Assembly (NCBI GenBank): GCA_963727485.1
Contig: CAVSGM010000001.1
Location: 192,001-256,000, forward strand
DNA length: 64,000 nt
From: an uncultured delta proteobacterium
GTDB taxonomy: Bacteria; Myxococcota; Myxococcia; SLRQ01
Direction: 5' to 3'
Shown here: positions 57,775 to 64,000 of the stretch, one piece after another
Numbering within the stretch: position 1 is the stretch's first letter
Layout: the number at the start of each line of letters is the position of its first letter
Notes under the pieces: generated by a model
Database searches by the model: none
Seen by the model: the letters and a program-made list of their open reading frames with translations, nothing else
What the model was told of the DNA's origin: nothing
Made by a program: the position numbers and the translations under genes

Positions 57775-59244
57775 GCCGAGGGCGGCTGCGCCCCGGCGAC
57801 CGCCTCGACGCCGAGGTCAAAGGCCTCGACGCCGAGGGCCTGGGCGTCGCCGACGGGCCCGCGGCCGGCGGCGGCCGGGTCCTGCGGGTCGAGGACGGGC
57901 TCCCGGGCGAGCGGGGCGAGGTGATGCTGCTGCACCTGGGCCAGCGCCTCCACGGGCGGCTGGTGCGCCGCGAGGGCGACGCCTCCCCGGACCGCCGCGC
58001 CCCGCCCTGCCCCAGGTGGACCCCGGCGAGCCCCTGCCGGGTGATGCACCTGGCGCCCGCGGCCCAGGCGGCGTTCAAGCGCCAGCGGGTCGTCGACGCC
58101 CTCGCCGCCCACGGCCTCGGCGAGGTGCCGGTGGCGGGAGACCCTGGTGACCGGCCCCGCCCTCGGGTGGCGCAGCCGCGCGGTCTACGTGGCGGCGAAG
58201 GGGAAGGGCGGCCTGGTCCTCGGCGCCTACCGCCGGGGGACCCACCGGGTGCAGCCCATGGCCGACTGCCCCCTGGTGCGCCCGGGGATCGCCGCGGCCT
58301 ACCGGGCCCTCGCCGAGGCCTTCGACGCCGCCGCCGTCCCCGTCGCCGACCCGGCCCTCCCGGTCGTCGCCGACGCCGCCTGCGGGAGCCCGACCGACCC
58401 GGACGCCCTCCTCGACGCCGCCCGGGCGCCCCGGGGCGCGTCGTCCCGCCGGGGCCTGGTCCCCGACGGCCTGCGCTACCTGGTGATCCGCGCCAGCCAC
58501 CGGGACCAGGCCGCCGCGGCGCTGCTCACCCCCACCGGGCACCTCCCGGGCGCCGAGCGGATCGCCGCCGCCGCCCGGGCCGCCTGCCCGGCCCTGGTGG
58601 GCGTGTCGCTGGGGCGCAGCGGCGAGGGCGACGCCATCTTCGGCCCGGGCCCCCTCACGCCCCTGGGCGACGCGGCGCCGCTTCAGGTCGAGACCGCCGG
58701 GCTCGCCTTCGAGGTCTCGCCCAAGGCCTTCTTCCAGGTGCACCTCGAGGCGGCCTCCCGCCTCCAGGACCTCGCCGCCGCCCGGGCCGTGGGCGAGGTG
58801 GCGGTGGACGTCTACGCCGGGGTCGGGGCCCTTGCCCTGCGCCTCGCCCGGGACGGCCTCCAGGTGGTGGGCCTGGAGTCGGTGGCCGAGGCGGTCCTCG
58901 ACGCCGAGGCGGCCGCGGCGCGAAACGGCCTCGGCGACCGGGCGCGGTTCCGGGCCGAGCCCGCCGAGACCGGGCTCTCCACCCTCGTCGCCGAGGGCCA
59001 CCGGCCCGACACCGTCACCCTCAACCCGCCCCGGAAGGGCTGCGCCAAGGCGGTCCTCGAGGCGGTGGTGCGCCTCGCCCCGGCGCGCGTGGTCTACGTC
59101 TCCTGCGATCCGGGGACCCTCGCCCGGGACCTCGCCCACCTCGCCGCCGCCGGCTACCGGATCGCCGAGGTCGTCCCCGCCGATCTCTTCCCCCAGTCCG
59201 AGCACGTCGAGGCCCTCGCGGTGCTCGACCGCGCCGGCGGGTAG
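57771..59244 (+). CDS. RlmD/TrmA-family RNA uracil-C5 methyltransferase (+1 frameshift at ~58137)
   Basis: TRAM-like N-terminus; AFFQV, DVYAGVG, NPPRKG, YVSCDPGTLARD and DLFPQSEHVE motifs. Confidence 0.88.
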
Positions 59245-59300
59245 GGGCTTGTCAGACGCGCCCCTACATGGAACCCTGCCGGGTCGCCCTCGGAGGATTC

Positions 59301-60842
59301 ATGCGCCGTCCCGCCCTGCTCGCACTCCTGACCCTCCTGGCCCCGGTCGCCGCCCGCGCCGCCGGAGGCACCTACGACAACGGCAACGTCGCCATCATCG
59401 ATGACGCCGACACCGGGGGGCACCTCATCGGGGCCTGCGATCTGAACACCGATGGCGGCACCCCCTGCCCGCCCGACTACTACTGCCGGGAGGCGGCGAA
59501 GGTCTTCTACCAGACCCACTGCGACGACTACGACGCCCTGGTGGTCTTCCTCGACAACACCGTCAGCGGCATCGGCGGGGCCATCTCGGACACCGAGCAG
59601 GGCACCCCGGTCCAGCAGCACCTCAAGGGCATCGGCCGGGACCTCTCCTACGACTGGACCGCGGGGTACGGCAGCGCCGGGCGTCTGGAGCAGTGCGTGA
59701 GCATGACCAGCCTCTCCACCAAGCCCGACAACCCCGACGACCCGGTCATCGGGGTCCTGGGCCTGCCCCTGCCCCTGGGGATCACCGGCATCGAGCTCTT
59801 GGGCCACGAGTTCGGCCACCACTGGCTCCAGGGGGCCACCTTCGACCTGGGCGCCGCGGGGGGAAACCTCGGCCCCGAGGACCTCCTCCGGGGCTGCGAG
59901 AGCAGCAACAACAGCGGCGGCGGCACCAGCACCTGCGATCCCAACCAGCACTACGCCGCCTACACCAACTCCCACTCGGTGATGTACGGGAACTTCGTCA
60001 CCGACAACGGAGACGGGACCTACACCGTCTGCGGCGGGACACCCCGGGGCTACAACCAGCTCGACCAGTACCTCATGGGCCTCCTGCCGGCCTCCCAGGT
60101 CCAGGACCCGATCATCTGGACCCTCGACGACGGCACCCACCACGGGGATCCCGCCGGCGCCCTCTCGCCCGGGGCGAGCAACTGCATCACCGTCCCCCAG
60201 AGCGGCAGCAGCACCACCTACACCCGGGTGGACGTGACCCTCGCCGACCTGGTGCGCGCCATGGGCCCCCGCAGCGGCCCCGCCGCCGAGACGCCGACCA
60301 ACTGGAACGTGGGCTTCATCCTGGTCACCCCCAGCGGGGTGACGCCGTCCCAGGCGGACCTCGACAAGGTCAACGCCTACCGGACCCGCTTCGAGCAGTG
60401 GTTCACCACCGCCACCGGCGGCCGGGGCGCGGTCCACACCGAGCTGGTGCCCAACGATTGCACCCTCCCGCCGCCGGTCACCGACGGCGGGACCCCCGAC
60501 TCCGGGCCGCCCCCGGTGGTCGATGCGGGGACCCTTGACGCGGGACCGCCCCCGGTGGTCGATGCGGGGACCCCGGACGCGGGCCCGGTCCTCGACGCAG
60601 GGACCCCGGACGCCGGGCCGCCCGACGCGGGCCCGGGCGTCGACGCCGGCACCCCCGACGCCGGCGGCCGCGGCTGCGGCGTCATCCCCTGCGACGACGG
60701 CGGGACCCCCGACGCCGGGACGCACCTGGGCACCCTCGCCACCACCGGCTGCGGGTGTGCCGCCTCGAGCGCCTCGGGCACGGTGATCCCGGCGGTGGCG
60801 CTCCTGCTGCTCCTGGGGCTGCGCCGGAGGCGACGGGCATGA
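59301..60842 (+). CDS. Secreted zinc metalloprotease-like protein with MYXO-CTERM-like tail (paralog 1)
   Basis: Signal peptide; HEFGHHW; DAG/Pro linker; GCGC-TM-RRRRR tail. Confidence 0.8.
   Translation: MRRPALLALLTLLAPVAARAAGGTYDNGNVAIIDDADTGGHLIGACDLNTDGGTPCPPDYYCREAAKVFYQTHCDDYDALVVFLDNTVSGIGGAISDTEQGTPVQQHLKGIGRDLSYDWTAGYGSAGRLEQCVSMTSLSTKPDNPDDPVIGVLGLPLPLGITGIELLGHEFGHHWLQGATFDLGAAGGNLGPEDLLRGCESSNNSGGGTSTCDPNQHYAAYTNSHSVMYGNFVTDNGDGTYTVCGGTPRGYNQLDQYLMGLLPASQVQDPIIWTLDDGTHHGDPAGALSPGASNCITVPQSGSSTTYTRVDVTLADLVRAMGPRSGPAAETPTNWNVGFILVTPSGVTPSQADLDKVNAYRTRFEQWFTTATGGRGAVHTELVPNDCTLPPPVTDGGTPDSGPPPVVDAGTLDAGPPPVVDAGTPDAGPVLDAGTPDAGPPDAGPGVDAGTPDAGGRGCGVIPCDDGGTPDAGTHLGTLATTGCGCAASSASGTVIPAVALLLLLGLRRRRRA
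60481..60720 (+). repeat. Degenerate coding tandem repeats (GTPDAGP)
   Basis: Repeated GGGACCCC(C/G)GACGC units. Confidence 0.65.
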
Positions 60843-62378
60843 GCCGCCTTGGATCCCTGACCCTGGTGGTGGCCCTCGCCGCCGCCTGGCCCCTCTCGGC
60901 CCGGGCCGCCGGCGGCACCCACGACGACGGCAACGTCGCCGTCATCGACGACGCCACCACCGGGGGCAGCATCGTCGACGCCTGCCAGCCCGGCGGAATC
61001 CAAGCTCTTCAACCCCGGGTGCTACTGCCAGGAGGCGGCGAAGGTCTTCTACCAGACCCACTGCGACGACTACGACGCCCTGGTGGTCTTCGTCGACGAG
61101 GCGCCGCCGGCCCAGACCGGCGCCTTCACCGATGTGGAGCAGGGCACCCCGGTGCGCAACGACACCGATGGCATCGGCCGGAACAAGTTCGACTGGACCA
61201 GCCTCTACGGGAGCCAGGGGCGCCTGCGGCAGTGCGTGAACATGACGTATCTCACCACCAAGCCCGACAACCCCGACGACCAGGCGAAGGCGCTGTTGGG
61301 CCTTCCCTTCGCGCTGACCGGCATCGAGCTCTTGGGCCACGAGTTCGGCCACCACTGGCTCATGGGGGCGAACTTCGACAAGGGCCAGGGCCTGGGGGTC
61401 GAGGACCTCCTGCGCGCCTGCTCCGACAACAACGACGGCACCTGCAGCCCCAACCTCCACTACGCCCAGTACGTGAACTCCGGCTCGGTGATGTACGGGA
61501 ACTTCCTCACCGACAACGGCGACGGGACCTACCAGGTCTGCGGCGAGCAGCCCCCCACCACCCGCCGGGGCTACAGCAAGCTCGACGAGTACCTGATGGG
61601 CCTGCTGCCCGCCTCCCAGGCCCCCGACCCCCTCATCTGGGCCCTCGACGACGGCAGCCACCACGGGGTGCCGGTGGACGGCGGCAACTTCCCGGGCCAC
61701 TGCGACACCGTGCCGGCGAGCGGCAGCAGCACCACCTACACCCGGGTGGACGTCCGCCTCGCCGACGTGGTCCGGGCCATGGGCACCCGCAGCGGCCCCG
61801 CCGCCGAGATCCCCACCGACTGGAACGTGGGCTTCGTCCTGGTGGCGCCCAGCGGCGTCACCCCGACCCAGGCGGACATCGCCAAGGTCGACGCCTACCG
61901 GACCCGCTTCGAGCAGTGGTTCACCCCGGCCACCGACGGCCTGGGCCACGTGCACACCGAGCTGGTGGCGGGCACCTGCAACCTTCCGCCGCCGCCGCCA
62001 CCGCCGGCCACCGACGGGGGGACCCCGGACAGCGGGCCGCCCCCGGTGGTCGACGCGGGGACCCCCGACGCGGGGCCGCCCCCGGGGGTCGACGCGGGGA
62101 CCCCCGACGCGGGCCCGCCCCCGGGGGTCGACGCGGGGACCCCCGACGCGGGGCCGCCCCCGGGGGTCGACGCCGGCACCCCCGACGCGGGCGATCCCCG
62201 GGGCTGCGGCCTCATCCCCTGCGACGACGGCGGCACCCAGGTTCCCGACGCCGGGCCCGGGATCTCGACCCTGAAGACCGGCGGCTGCGGCTGCACCGCC
62301 AGCGCCACCTCGGGCACCCTGGTCCCGGCCCTGGCCCTGGTGCTCCTCCTGGGCCTCAAGCGGCGGCGCCGGGCCTGA
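60839..62378 (+). CDS. Secreted zinc metalloprotease-like protein with MYXO-CTERM-like tail (paralog 2; +1 frameshift at ~60998)
   Basis: Same architecture as paralog 1 with long identical blocks; ATGA overlap. Confidence 0.78.
62017..62192 (+). repeat. 39-bp coding tandem repeat (GTPDAGPPPGVDA, about 4 copies)
   Basis: Near-identical GGGACCCCCGACGCGGGGCCGCCCCCGGGGGTCGACGCG units. Confidence 0.8.
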
Positions 62379-62403
62379 CCGGGGGCCGGATCGTCGCCGG
62401 GCG

Positions 62404-63366
62404 CTAGCCCAGGTAGCCGGTGGCCCGGAGGTTCTTGCGGATCCGCGGTGCCACCGGGCCCACGGCCAGGGGGAACACGGTCCCGGTGATCCGCTCGAAG
62501 GCCTCGATGTAGGTCTCGGCGAGGTCGGCGAGGACCTCCGGGGGTATCTCGGGCGGCGTCCCGTCGCCCTGGTAGCCGTGCTCGATGAGCCACTGGCGGA
62601 TGTTCTCCTTGTCGAGCATCCGCTGCTCCTCGCCGGCGGCGAAGCGCTCGGCGTGGCCCTCCGCCTCCCAGTACCGCGACGAGTCCGGGGTGTGGATCTC
62701 GTCCATGAGCACCAGCCGCCCCTCGAGGAGGCCGAACTCGTACTTGGTGTCCACCAGGATGAGCCCCTGCTTCGCCGCCAGCGCCACCCCGCGCTGGTAG
62801 AGGGCGAGCGCCGCCTTCTCCACCTCGGCGTAGACCGGCTCGGCCACCAGGCCCTGCTTGAGGATCTCCTCGCGGCTGATGGGCGTGTCGTGGCTGCCGC
62901 GCTCGGCCTTGGTGGTGGGGGTGAGGATGGGCGCGTCGAGCTTCTGGTCCTTCTTGAGGCCCGCGGGCAGCGGCAGGCCGTAGGCGCCGGCCTTCCCGGC
63001 CTGGTAGTCGCGCCACAGGCTCCCGGTGATGTAGCCGCGGACCACCACCTCCACCGGCAGCCCCTGGCAGGCCCGGACCACCATCACGCTGGGGTCGGGG
63101 GTGTCGACCAGGTGGTTCTCGATGAGGTCCTCGGTCTGGCGGAACCAGTGGACCGCCATCCGGGTGAGCACCTCGCCCTTGAAGGGCACCGTGGACAGGA
63201 CCCGGTCGAAGGCCGAGAGGCGGTCGGTGGCGATCATCACCAGCCGCTCGCCCTTGCGGTAGACGTCCCGGACCTTGCCCCGGGTGAGCGCGCCGAGCTC
63301 GGGGAGGTCGGTCTCGTCGAGGGTGTGCTCGAGCTGGGCGAGGATCTCTTCGCGGCGCTGTGCCAT
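62404..63366 (-). CDS. purC: SAICAR synthetase
   Basis: GKVRDVY, TDRLSAFD, LVDTKYEFG and DEIHTPDSSRYW motifs. Confidence 0.96.
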   Translation of the reverse strand: MAQRREEILAQLEHTLDETDLPELGALTRGKVRDVYRKGERLVMIATDRLSAFDRVLSTVPFKGEVLTRMAVHWFRQTEDLIENHLVDTPDPSVMVVRACQGLPVEVVVRGYITGSLWRDYQAGKAGAYGLPLPAGLKKDQKLDAPILTPTTKAERGSHDTPISREEILKQGLVAEPVYAEVEKAALALYQRGVALAAKQGLILVDTKYEFGLLEGRLVLMDEIHTPDSSRYWEAEGHAERFAAGEEQRMLDKENIRQWLIEHGYQGDGTPPEIPPEVLADLAETYIEAFERITGTVFPLAVGPVAPRIRKNLRATGYLG

Positions 63367-63434
63367 GGTTGCCTCCGAGGCGCGGCACCCTACCGCACCG
63401 CCGCCCCACCCCGGAAGCCCCGGAGGCCCCGACC

Positions 63435-64000
63435 ATGTCCCCCTGTCTGGTGTTCGACCTCGATGGCACCCTCGTCGACTCCCGCACCGACCTCGCGGCG
63501 TCGGTGCGCGCCATGCTCGCGGCCCAGGGGCATCCCGACCGGCCGCCCGGGGAGATCGCGGGCTTCATCGGCCGGGGGGCCCGGTACCTGGTGGCCCGGA
63601 GCCTCCCGGAGGCGGCCCGGGACGAGGCCTCGGTGGACGCCGCCCTCGCCTGGTTTCGGACCCACTACGCCGCCCACCTCGCCGACACCACCACCGCCTA
63701 CCCGGGCATCCCCGAGGCCCTGGCCGCCCTCGCCGAGGGGGCCCGGCTCTCGGTGCTCACCAACAAGCCCGGCGACATGGCCCGCTCGCTGCTGGACACC
63801 CTCGGCCTCGCGGCGCACTTCCACGAGATCCTCGGCGCCGGGGACGTCCCGGCCCACAAGCCCGATCCCGGAGGGCTGCGCCGGGCGCTCGAGGGCTGCG
63901 ACGACCCCGCGGCCGCCTGGTACGTCGGCGACCTGCCCCTGGACGTGGAGACCGCCCGGGGGGCCGGGTGCCGGGTGGCCTCGGTCCTCTGGGGGTTCTC
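63435..64000 (+). CDS. HAD-family phosphatase, phosphoglycolate phosphatase-like (runs off the window end)
   Basis: Read by hand: MSPCLVFDLDGTLVDS, LTNKP, HKPDP and YVGD motifs. Confidence 0.88.
   Translation, partial: MSPCLVFDLDGTLVDSRTDLAASVRAMLAAQGHPDRPPGEIAGFIGRGARYLVARSLPEAARDEASVDAALAWFRTHYAAHLADTTTAYPGIPEALAALAEGARLSVLTNKPGDMARSLLDTLGLAAHFHEILGAGDVPAHKPDPGGLRRALEGCDDPAAAWYVGDLPLDVETARGAGCRVASVLWGF

Noticed and set aside
62017..62192. CRISPR-like repeat array
   Set aside because: The repeats are contiguous, in frame, have no unique spacers, and no cas genes are present.

Overview
A very GC-rich bacterial chromosomal segment, most likely Myxococcota or a related deltaproteobacterium. 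That assignment is inferred from MYXO-CTERM-like sorting tails, MJ0042-type zinc-ribbon/TPR proteins, several Ser/Thr kinases and DAG/DGG-repeat linkers. Housekeeping genes (rpe, tRNA-Pro, plsY, ftsK, prmA, bioF-bioA, uvrD/pcrA, add, moeA, rpsO-pnp, dut, purB, purC) are interspersed with many secreted or surface proteins and signalling genes. About 20 single-base frameshifts break otherwise intact genes, including ftsK and pnp, so they are probably long-read consensus errors. Eight of them are GATC read as GAATC/GATTC, which may be the footprint of a DNA modification at GATC. Other highlights: (1) an orphan ~250-nt structured element between convergent genes, with a sigma54-like promoter positioned at its end; (2) a decaheme lipoprotein built from two Ig-like domains and a duplicated pentaheme module; (3) an operon placing an FHA-GGDEF cyclase directly upstream of a stand-alone Ser/Thr kinase; (4) a compositionally atypical two-lipoprotein island at 36.6-41.8 kb; (5) tandem MYXO-CTERM HExxH proteases; (6) a receptor pseudokinase with an FGE-like domain. 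No CRISPR array, transposase, integrase or rRNA was seen. All calls come from reading the sequence and translations by eye; no database search was run.
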